This document shows, piece after piece, positions 50,543 through 61,562 of a stretch of 64,000 nucleotides of DNA (position 1 is its first letter; each line of letters opens with the position of its first letter). The notes under the pieces are model-generated. The model searched no databases and had not been told where the DNA came from. It worked only from the letters and a program-made list of their open reading frames with translations. The stretch spans positions 496,001 through 560,000 of the forward strand of contig CATNEN010000038.1 in the NCBI GenBank assembly GCA_950097015.1, in the 5' to 3' direction. This DNA is from Macrostomum hystrix (Eukaryota; Animalia; Platyhelminthes). The position numbers and the translations under genes were made by a program.

Positions 50543-50717
50543 TTGCTCTGTACACCGATGGCTCCGTGGGCGGCGACAGTCGTGCGGGAGGCGCGGACTG
50601 CATCGCCTTCCACAATGACTCGGAGACATTCAGGATTGCCGCCGCAGGGTAATTGTGCAGCTCGCTATGGATTTGATCGAGGACTTTAGATCTAACAGTG
50701 CGCTCATCCTGTCAGAC
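50543..50717 (+). mobile_element. Degenerate RNase H fragment of a non-LTR retrotransposon
   Basis: Plus frame ALYTDGSVGGDSRAGGA...IAAAG*LCSS, then a shifted frame AMDLIEDFRSNSALILSD (RNase H DGS and SD motifs). Confidence 0.6.
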
Positions 50718-50878
50718 TGGGCGGCGTCGTCCTCAGGCCTTGTGTAGCCCAGATGTGCGAACAGAGACACGTGCGGGAAAAAGTTTTGCAGCATCAATGC
50801 CCAGATGGCGTCACGATCATCTGGTCAAGCGATGCGGTAGCGAACGCCATCGATGACTCGGTCGATCGTTAGATTTTT
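50718..50878 (-). pseudogene. GNAT/arylalkylamine N-acetyltransferase-like N-terminal exon relic
   Basis: After acceptor ttttgccag: KNLTIDRVIDGVRYRIA*PDDRDAIWALMLQNFFPHVSLFAHLGY. Resembles the beta1-alpha1-alpha2 start of insect-type AANATs. TGA at 50825-50827. Confidence 0.4.
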
Positions 50879-51230
50879 CTGGCAAAAGCTCTTAGTGGAG
50901 CCTTTATTTCCTAGCTTAGCATCTCAGGCCCTTTGTAGTACAAAAGAGCTAAGAAACCAGTTTTTGCCTCAGGCTTTTGAGGTGGAGTTTAAGCTGTCTT
51001 ATTGCTTTAGTTCTAAGCATTCGTGAGGCTTGTGGACAATGACCAAAGCTTTGGAGCAACTGATCTCACCGTATGTAGTAAAATGTGTCATCGAAATGAA
51101 ATTATGAACTTTATAGCATAGCTTTTCTGCTTCATCTAAAGACAGACATTATGATCTGTTGTGCAACCTAATACACCTTAAAAATCGTTGATAAAATGAT
51201 GTGAAAAATGTTGCTCGCTCTGATGCTCGC

Positions 51231-54065
51231 TCAGAGTTTCCTTATGCGTAGCCACAGATAGCCAGCCACTCGGGAGATTGTTAGAAATAAAATAACAATG
51301 ACAATGTTCCACCAGACAGGAAGCAGTGGGTCAGGAAAGTACTGGAGAATCTCGGCAGACGGAAACACAGTCTGGTTGTTCGCATTCTGCAAGGTGCCGT
51401 TCCGACAGCTCGGGTAGGTGCTAGTTAGTGTCGTAGAGCATCTGGCAGAGGTTCGGAAGTAACTAACTCAGTGGCGGACAATACCAGCAGCATCACCTTT
51501 TGAATCTATCGAACAGTCTATTGAGAAAACTTGCTGGGTGAAGCTGCAAGGAGCACTTACATAAAGTTAGCAGAGCTAAGCACCGTCAACTGCAGGCAGT
51601 AGTGGTAGCAGTAGCGAGTGAAGGACAGGTACTTTGCCCATTCCAGCCAGGCTGGGTAGGAAGTCGTCAGGTAACCGCCTGTTATTTGAGTGATCATGAA
51701 AATCAACACTTTGAGCATTGTCAACGCAATAAAAAAGTGGCTTTAGTGGCTTTAGTGGCTTTAAAAAAGTGACAGTGTCAAACTTGCCGAAGAGCCCACA
51801 GAACATCATTAACGAGTAGGCAATGGTCATATTCGCCTGGGCATTGTCAGTCAGAATCGCGATGAAAGTTCCGAAGCTCTACAGCATATCAGCAAAAAAA
51901 TACGGGTAGTTAAAAATATTTTCAGTTGAAAAATTTGCCAATTGTCGCGAATCAGGTCACCTGAAAGGCCAGGTTGTTGATGAGGACGCCAAGAACGAAC
52001 GGAGCGTACTCAGATCCGCTGCCTAGTCCGGCGATCCAGTAGATCAGGGTAAGCGACACCAATGGTGACATAATCAACAACGGCATCTCCGTGACCGTCT
52101 TTGCGGAGTAGTATGCCCCGATTTGATACATGCCTGCGCGTCTCTCGTGCTTTACTATCGCAATGTCCTCGTGCCCTGGGCCGGGGACATATTGGGGAAA
52201 TTACATTGAGATCGCAGTCAGAGCTTAACATGCGAAATTTTAATGCAGCTGCTCACATGAAGCAATGGCTTCAAGAAGTGGTCGATAGCTCATGTTCCAC
52301 ACGATAAAAAAAACCTGCAATTTGAGAATTATCGCATTGCGAATAGTCAATGTGGAAATGTAGCCCTTGGAAATCAGCAAAGAAGCAAAGTGTCTGCTCA
52401 CACATCCCAGTATGTCACTGACGTGCTCTTCCGTGCGTGCGATGCGCAGCCACAGCAGGCAACACATCAGTCCCACAAGCAATGTCTGGATCACTCTCAG
52501 TGTCGATACGGAGCGGCTGCGTTCCAGATGGAAGCCGCGAACGATCAGCGCTTTCAGCTGGCGGCTCCAGCTCACGCTGTTCTCATTGCTCGGTTTTACA
52601 TCCGATGGCCAAGTCGCTGATGGCTCAAGTGATTTCGCTGCACTGTCGCTACAGCCTACGGTCTCGTCAATGTCGTGAGCGATATCTCGATTCTTGAGAT
52701 CAGAGAATCTGGCGCCCTCTTGGATGATACGTGACTTACTACCAGCTGCGCTTCTCACAATCTCCACTGTGGATAAAACGGTCATTGTGCACTAATTATT
52801 TTTAGTTCTAACCCGCAGTCTACGATTCGGTTTTGAAAATCGAAGCCTATCATTGAACTGTTTGATTCCGAACTGCAGAGTGAGTCGTGTTACGCTTATT
52901 TTAAATAAGGGATATTTTAAAAGGAAATAAAATATGAGAGCTGGTGCATTGCCTCATTTCGATGTGTACTGAACACTTACGCATAAAATCTGCCGGATTC
53001 CAGTGCTTCTGAAAAGGCACACCGATGCCCTCAAAATAGTCGACCATGCCGCTGCGCTTGCCGCTATACGAGATGCGACCATCGGTCAGAAGTAGCAGGT
53101 CCTCGAAACTGTAGAAAACCTGCGACGATGGCTGGTGAATGCTAGCGATGACAATTTTGTTGCCAAGCCTTGACCATCGGCCCAGCAGTTGGACCAGAGT
53201 CATGGCCATGCTCGAGTCGAGGCCAGAGGTTGGTTCGTCCAGCAGCAGCACGTCTGGATTGCGCAGCAGCTCACACGCAATGTGGGCTCGCTTTTTCTCA
53301 CCTCCGGACAGCCCGGGCATTGTGATGTCGCCCATGACTTTAGGAGAATGGTGGCACCGATGTGGCTACGATACGAGTCATTTTTTTACAATATCGAATT
53401 CAAAATATCAAAGCATCTCACCCGTGTCCATACATTTCTTCAGTTCCAGTGTGCTAATCACATCTTCGATGCGATTCCTTCGCTCCACGTCGGTAAAGGC
53501 ATCCGGCAGCGTTACTTTAGCCGCGAACTAAATTAAGGAGAACGGTAGGCTTTCGTTGGAACCTAATAACAGCTGATTGTAACGCTATCCTAGTACGAAC
53601 TGAGATTAAAATGATTTAATGATCTAACCCATGTGAGTTACCTCAATGGTCTGCCTCAGAGTCAGGCCGGGAAAGAACACGTCCATTTGAGTTACGTAAC
53701 CGAAGGATTTCTGCAGCCTCCGACTGACCGGCTTGCCGCCCATCGAGATGCAGCCCCTGGTCGGGACCGACCGGCCAGACACGGCGTCCATGAGTGTCGT
53801 CTTGCCGGAGCCTTTTAAGTACCAGAAGAGCATTTATTCAAACTAATCTCTACAGATCAGACAAAAACAATCTTTCAGAAACTACAAAGTGAATATGGCC
53901 TAGAGTTCGCTCACCACTCGGTCCCATGACGGCTAGCAAGCAGCAGCTGCTGACAACTACGCTGACCTCATGCAGAATCTGCTTCTCGCCAGCGAAGACG
54001 CACAACCTGTCCACAGTTAGCTGTCTGGTAGCATTTGGTTCCATCGTAGCAACGTCTTGAAGCAT
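51231..54065 (-). CDS. ABCG-family half transporter (white/ABCG-like)
   Basis: Exons 54065(or 54044)-53915, 53811-53642, 53527-53422, 53337-52981, 52766-52402, 52314-52257, 52175-51961, 51878-51788, 51678-51561 and 51441-51231. Walker A GPSGSGKTT, signature LSGGEKKR, LLLDEPTSGLD, SIHQPS, NPADF and ERRAGMY; NBD-TMD order. Confidence 0.93.
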
Positions 54066-54696
54066 TGCCGAAGGGCTGATAAGTAACAATTATAATTCTG
54101 TATTCACAATATACGAGACTTGTCTGCTGATCTTCACAACGAAAGCCTCGAGGCTGCGGGAAAAGAATTGAGCAGTGTCTGCTGCATCCCCCAGACCTCT
54201 ATTCAACTACCCTGATACATGCATAACCAAAGTCGTCTTAACCCAAGGTCAACTTTCCTTAAAATATGATTAGACTTAACAATGAAATTAAGATGGTTCT
54301 AAGGACGACGTTTAAGACTATTTCTGAATACGAGTCAATTTTCGTTGTTATAGTATGTCATGCATTGTTGTGACGAAGGCATTCTTCTCAGCTACATGCC
54401 ATTTGGGGTAGCCGCTGCTAATATACAGAGAAGTATGCGGCTCTGGATGTCTATAATCCATTAGATAAATCAGCACTAAACTAATCGTCTACAAAACGAG
54501 CAATTAGAAAAGCGAACACTCGTTTCTTCTTCGTTCGAATAAAAACGAAAACCCTAATCTAAAACTAAAAGCAAATAAAAGTTTTTTAAGAAAATAATCA
54601 GGAAGATATAAAAAAAATCGGGGACAAAAAGTAAAGCAATAAAGCAGTTCAATGAGTTGTTCTTCGGTAGGCACACTTAGCACTGCACGCGTGCCA

Positions 54697-57600
54697 CTAC
54701 TGGGAGGGAGTGCCTGCGCCGCTGCTGCCGCTGCTGCCGCTGCAGCAGCAGTTGCTGTTCTTTTCTAAAATGTTGACCTCCTCTAGCATCTGGCTAGCGA
54801 TGTTGCTGATGACAGCGTAGCCAAAGTCAACGTCTGCCTCCATCGTGCGGTGCGAGCTGATGACGTAGCGGATCAAGTACTTGCCCTGCAGCATTGTGGG
54901 CACCATATGAATCTGGCCACACTTGCTCACACGGCTGAGCAGCTCCTCAGATCTGGCGTTCTCGCCCTGCAAAGCAAATGATAAAAGATGAAGGTATGAA
55001 CCATGAAAGCTATTTTCGTGTAAGAATGCACCTTGCATTTGGCCTCCAAGCTAGACCACCTATACCAGTCATTCCAGCTTGACCAGCCAGTCATCATAGT
55101 GTGACCAGCCAGTCATCATAGTGTGACCAGCCAGTCATCATAGTGTGACCAGCCAGTCATCATAGTGTGACCAGCCAGTCATCATAGTGTGACCAGCCAG
55201 TCATCATAGTGTGACCAGCCAGTCATCATAGTGTGACCAGCCAGTCATCATAGTGTGACCAGCCAGTCATCATAGTGTGACCAGCCAGTCATCATAGTGT
55301 GACCAGCCAGTCATCATAGTGTGACCAGCCAGTCATCATAGTGTGACCAGCCAGTCATCATAGTGTGACCAGCCAGTCATCATAGTGTGACCAGCCAGTC
55401 ATCATAGTGTGACCAGCCAGTCATCATAGTGTGACCAGCCAGTCATCATAGTGTGACCAGCCAGTCATCATAGTGTGACCAGCCAGTCATCATAGTGTGA
55501 CCAGCCAGTCATCATAGTGTGACCAGCCAGTCATCATAGTGTGACCAGCCAGTCATCATAGTGTGACCAGCCAGTCATCATAGTGTGACCAGCCAGTCAT
55601 CATAGTGTGACCAGCCAGTCATCATAGTGTGACCAGCCAGTCATCATAGTGTGACCAGCCAGTCATCATAGTGTGACCAGCCAGTCATCATAGTGTGACC
55701 AGCCAGTCATCATAGTGTGACCAGCCAGTCATCATAGTGTGACCAGCCAGTCATCATAGTGTGACCAGCCAGTCATCATAGTGTGACCAGCCAGTCATCA
55801 TAGTGTGACCCTACAGTTACCTCAAGCCGGAAAGCCACCAGCCCAAGCATCGGCTCGTTGACGATTTCGAAGCGCTGGTCGGCTCGAATCTTTGCCTCGA
55901 AGTAGCCGGCAAGCCGGATGGTCTGCGAAAGTTTTTTTCGCTGTCGATGCCAACTGATTCACAATGGTACTCTACATTATTTCTACAATATTATATTTCA
56001 AAGAGTTCGACCGATCCCACAATGGGTAAACAGCCCTTTTAGACATCCTGGGTCCTGTAACTAACAAACGCAAAGCTGACAGCTAACTCACGTTGCGAAT
56101 GTGAGCCTGAAGGCCTTCAACTCCGTGGCTTCGCAGCACGAACCAGAGCTTCAGCGAGCGAAACCTTCTGGTGAGTAGAATCTGCCAGTTCTACAGAGGC
56201 CGAGGTCAAAGCGTTTTCTGCCTCACACCGCCTTTCTCAGTCAATTTGTTGCAATGGCTTCAGGGGAAGCACAGATTCTCACCATAAAATCAGTGGCTGT
56301 GCCGCTAGCATTGTGCTTCAGGTACAGCGGCTCAACGCTGAGCGTTTTGATCAATTTTCTGCTGTCCCTCACCCTACGGAGGCGGAGGTGAAGGCTTCGT
56401 TGGAGAGCAGAGTTCACCCATTGACTGACCCGATAACTAGATCAGACGTGGCTCGGAGACCTGCAGCTGAACTCACCAAAAAGCAGAGCACTCCACAGTC
56501 ACCAGTAGCCACTTGCAGGGACAAATGACGATCGAATCGGCACTTTCAATGCCCTTCAACGGTTGGCGAAACTCCGGACAGATGAAGCTGTTGCCCGCGT
56601 ATGCGGCGTCGACGTGCAGCCACACACCGTGAGCCTCACCTGAGGAGGAGTGGTTGAGTTGACGTTTCTCTAGTGTGTGATGAAGCTAGTCTAGGAGCTC
56701 AGAGGTCGAGGCAACTCACACACGGGGCCGATCTCGTCCAGAGCGTCGAAGGCACAGATTCCGGTGGAGCCCAGAGTGGCACAAACGAAGAAGGGCTGCA
56801 GTCCGCGTCCTAGGTCCTCACAGATCATCTGCTCCAGTGCTGAGCCTCGCATTGCGTTTCTCTCGTCGCCAGGAACTTGACGCATCGGCACCAGCCCGAT
56901 GATGGCCGCCTTCAGTACCGATGAGTGCGCCTGTGCGAACAGGAGAGCTTTCAATATGTGAGTGAAAAAATATGTGGAAAATTTATTCGTCTACGCTCGA
57001 ACCTGATCCGAGCAGTAGGCCACGAGACGGCCGTTGATTTCGGAGTCGCTGAGTTCGTTGCGGTCGGGCCTCAGTCGGTACCGATCGATTGCCTGTCGGC
57101 GGGCCGTCAAGAGACTGACCAGAGTGGCCTCGGAGGCTGTGGACTGAGCGATTGGTTGTATGCGGACTTCTGAAATAACCCAAAGACTGCAATTCCCACG
57201 GCATTAATGCAAGCACACGCGATCAGAGAGTCTTACAGGGATTACTTACAGAACGTAAAGTCTGTACGTCAACAGAACGTAATCGTCAACATTCCTCACC
57301 ATTAGGCTGCCGCCTCCAAATCCTTCGCCGCTGCCATGCATAAAGTGCTCGGGCAGTCCCAGCATTCGAGCCAGCCAGTTCGTCACGATGATGTCCAGCT
57401 CAGTGCAAGCCGGCGACGTCGCCCACGTGCACGGAACTACGTTGAACGCGCTGGTGAGCATCTCCCCGAGCAGCGACGCCGGTGAATTGATCACCGGGAA
57501 GTACGCGTTCATTCTGGGACTTTGAAAGTGAAGAATCTGCGTGGGGGGGCATTTTCGAGATCTGATGTACCATTCCGAAAACTTTTTTGATAATGTTTTT

Positions 57601-57820
57601 CGCATCAGTCTAAACTCACCCCTGGCATGACGATGTTCTGGAAGTCAGCGAATATCTGGTCCCATTGCTCGCCGGTGTCTGGGGCCCGTTCCGGCAGCAA
57701 TGGCCGCATGTAGCCTGGCTCCACGTCTGGGTTCACCCGGTAGGCGCGAATGTTCTCCAGGTAGTCGGCGATGAAGTCAACCATCTCCTTGCCACGCTTC
57801 CGGTACTCGGTCAGGTCCAT
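54697..57820 (-). CDS. Group II PLP-dependent decarboxylase, histidine decarboxylase-like, with divergent active site
   Basis: Exons 57820-57620, 57536-57300, 57143-57003, 56930-56720, 56639-56477, 56373-56283, 56190-56092, 55922-55821 and 54966-54697. Motifs [45 protein letters not shown] Lys in CPCKWL, PLYL and [11 protein letters not shown]. Confidence 0.93.
55081..55810. repeat. Perfect 22-bp intronic minisatellite (gaccagccagtcatcatagtgt), about 33 copies
   Basis: Lies in the last decarboxylase intron, 10 bp from the donor. Confidence 0.97.
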
Positions 57821-59198
57821 GCGAATGGAAATGAGGCCCCAGGATTTGCTTTTGGGATTTACTAGGTTGCTTGTATTCTCAGGTTCTGTAAGACATTTTT
57901 TGAAGAATTCTTTAGTGTGCCAAACTTTTGCGGATTTGCTAATTAGCTTGAATTTAAGCATATAAACACTGCGTTGCTGCTTAAGTGCTAAGAAAAATAC
58001 ACACTAAACCTTTTCGATGAAGTGAAATTTTGTTAAATTTTGTGACTTTATCAGAAAAGTTTCGGAGTAAGAAAGTGCCGTTATAGTTAAACTTCATGTA
58101 AAATGTCGTCACATAGAAGAATTTGGCGAACAAATTTGAAAATATTGTTGAACTCAATAGTGAACTGCACTGTTCCAGTCGAATAAAAACTTCTTAAATT
58201 CACGTTTTGCGTGAGAATCTAAGTTTTCAATACAAAGGGGACTAAAATTCAGTAAATATTCGAAGAACATGCTTTTCCAAAGGTCACTCAAACATTCTGA
58301 TTGCGAACCCTTCTAACTGGAATTTGAAAACAATTGTCACAAGTCACACTTGGTTGAGATAAAAAGTGCTGATAGAATCGTTGGCTTGGGTTGGCTTGCG
58401 TGATGGGGATGTCGTGATGGTGATGGCGGAAGTCAGTAATTTGTTATATTTTTCCAAAGTGAGCCATGTTAACAGCCACCGAGGACTTACCGACTCTGAT
58501 TAGTTTGGGTTTCCGGTGTGTTGGCTGATATTTATATGAGATGTAAATAATTTTCTTGTTTGTATAGTTTGAGATAACTATAACTAAGGTCCAAAGTCCA
58601 AGAGTTGAGTTCGAAGGTTTGAGAAAGTTTTATAATGTCAGAGGTGCAAGGCTTCTGTCTTTTATATGGTGCACATATGGTGCACATAGCACTGGTGGGC
58701 ATAAAGATGGGAAAACTAAGGATTGGTCCTGAGAACAAGTAAAGCATGCTGTTAAGCTAAGAAGTGAATGACAGTAGAAGGTTAATGTGGTACGACTGTG
58801 GATAAGGTGCAGGGAAGGAAATGCGTCAGGGAATGCGTCATTCGGAGAGGCAGAAAGTAAATTCTGAGTATGAAGTGGTGCTGTAAAAGTGCGACTGGTT
58901 TTTTGGTTTCTGAGCTTCTGCAGACCGTCGATAAAAAGTATTTTGTTTGCCATGATGAAAGTGAAAACTTTCATCTGCGGAAAAGACAAGTGGATTTCGT
59001 TGAGTTAACAGACAGATTTGCTGCCAATTGATTGTTTGCAGAAGTTAAAATATTTTTTTGTTCTACTCGTTCGCTTAAATATCAGCGGAAATATACTAAA
59101 GTTTCGTATTGTTGGCTGGGGAGCATTCTCTAAACTATTTGCTGAAGGCAAATGATGTCTAGAGGTTAGATGTCTAGATAGGTCAAGTAGGTCAAGAA

Positions 59199-59258
59199 GT
59201 GGCCTCACCGCAGAATCGAGCTTAGGAACCTTGGTGCGAGAGGCAAATGCGTTAACCG
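59199..59258 (-). mobile_element. Truncated head of the same SINE family as 1831-2196
   Basis: Reverse complement cggttaacgcatttgcctctcgcaccaaggttcctaagctcgattc..gaggccac matches 1847-1904. Confidence 0.7.
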
Positions 59259-60797
59259 ACATTTTCAAGACTCATATCCGTAAATGATTGCATCCAAAGA
59301 CAGCACTGGCTTGTGGTAGTAAAAAACTCAGTGAAAAGATTTTTAAGATGCACACTGATAGCATACACTGATTTGAATGGTCTGAACTTTCTTTAATCCA
59401 AAATAAAATTGGTGTTCACTGTAAAACTATTGACATCTGCTATGAGCTAAACTACTGTGAGATTATGTCTAAACTACTAAGGGATAAGACTGGACTGCCA
59501 CAATAATGATCGTTAGCCACGATTGCGGCAGATTGGCCAACTTACCTGATAGAGTCTTACCTGAATGCTCTCAACTCGAATCCAGTAAGGAGCAGCCTAT
59601 AACTTTCAGGAAAATTCGGAAAGGATTTAAGACAAAAAAGTTATTTCGCTAAGAAAGTATTAAGAACCAAGAGCAGATGCTCATCCCATTGTAACTTTGA
59701 CATAGAAGCGTTCAAATTTTGCACGAAAAACTACTGCTACGGCTCGTAGCAGTTCATAGCAGATCAAGCCAATTCTCAACTAAATAAAAAATCAATTTTT
59801 TTCTGCTGTGTCGGCGAACAAGCCGACGCCACCCCGAGAAGAGGGTGGCACCTCGCACTGCTGTCTTCGACAGCCGAAGGCGTCCAACGGCTGCCGGACG
59901 GCCTGACAACGGCGGCGACGAGGTTCCGTCCCGTCGTGAACGTGCAGAAGACCGAGGTGCTGACTGTGCCGTATAATCTTCCTGCTGAGATTCTACTTCG
60001 AGATGACAGCGGCCACGGAACCCCGCTCCCGAGGTGTCGCGATGCACCGCGGGCCGCTCTACCGCGCCCTTTGACCAAATGCTCACGCGGAGGCAAGAAC
60101 GGCTGATCTGCCAACTGAGCACCGACCGCTGCCCATCACTGCGAGTTTTCCATCGGCGTCAAGATTGCACCTGCGAGCCGTTTTTGAGGTGAGGGCGAGG
60201 AGACGGCCGCTCCGCTCACCTGCTCATCGACTGGCCCACCCTGGCTCTTCACCGCTGCCGTCTACTCCGCGGCGGTGTTTGCCGACTTTTCAGCTGGGCT
60301 GAGCTTCCTCGATGAGGCGGGCGTCCTCTGATGCCCGGTGCCATGGGCGACAGCCTGAGCACGCCCGAAAACGAAGAAGAAGAAGGTGCCACCAGTTCGT
60401 TTACCTCGGCGGACTCGAGGCGAACGTTGGCGAAGATTCGGCGAGGCAACTTGGCAAGGCCTGGGACGCCATCCAATGCCACAATTTTTCTTTATCTCCC
60501 AAAATACTAAAAAATCACCATTAAAATAAAAAAATGCCTCAAACTTCCGCTCCTTCCGATGAAACAAATTCCAGAATCCCAAAACATCGGCATCGTCGAG
60601 ACGAGATATTCAACGATTCTCGTCGGGGCGTCTGATTGCAAAACCATCAATAAACATAAGTTTTCTGTTCACAAGATTTCATTTTGTAACCACGTCGGCT
60701 TTTATTGTTGATTCTGTTGTATTGATTATACCGTTAATTATTATATTATCTAACTGATCGGTTATTGCCATAGAGGTCTATACGGAGAAATTTTACT

Positions 60798-61562
60798 AGT
60801 ATTGCTTTTGTCGCACTATGTGGAACAGTGGACATGTAAAACGGAACGGCCCATGGAATTCTGCGGCCAAGCGTTTGAATTCACACGAGAAAGTAAGCCA
60901 TAGACAACTCAAATTGTCATGCTATGTCAGCCAGAATAGAAGGAACCAGATTAGATTTTATTTGCAGAAAGAATAAAAACAAGCAGAAACAGAACATTTT
61001 TCTGAGTTGCATTCAAATGAATCTTATTTTAAGTCTGAAATTGAAGCATCAAAGTTAAAAAATTTCAACCCCTAAAACATATGTCGCTGCAAACACAATC
61101 CAAACAATCGATTGCGGCGCAGCTCCCAACCAGCGCACTTGTCAGCAGTGATTGCTTGACCAACAGCTTCAGTCGCCTCTCGTTCAAGTAGCATGAATCT
61201 CCACTGCTCAAGTGTCACTCCTTCTGGTGGAACTTGCTCATCCTCAACCATGCCGGCTTCCGCCAAATGGTTCTTGAGATTTGACTTCAACGCAGAGTTA
61301 GCAAATGCGCTGTCGATCACGTACAGCAATTTGGGGCGCCATTGTTGCTTAACTGATCAAGCGAAAGAAAATGAAAGCGTGTTGTCTCTGTGAAAAGCTA
61401 AAATCGTTCCTTCTATTCTGGCTCATCGTTCCACATAGCATGACAATTTGAGTTGTCTATGGCTTACTTTCTCGTGTGAATTCAAACGCTTTGCCACAGA
61501 ATTCCATGGGCCGTTCCGTTTTGCATGTCCACTGTTCCACATAGCGCGACAAAAACAATACT
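60798..61562. mobile_element. MITE / non-autonomous element with terminal inverted repeats of about 150 bp
   Basis: 60798-60946 is the near-exact reverse complement of 61407-61562. TSD not clear. Confidence 0.85.

Noticed and set aside
59754-60582. GC-rich block with several short overlapping ORFs
   Set aside because: No recognisable motif, splice pattern or termini. It is possibly a repeat interior, but I cannot support a call.
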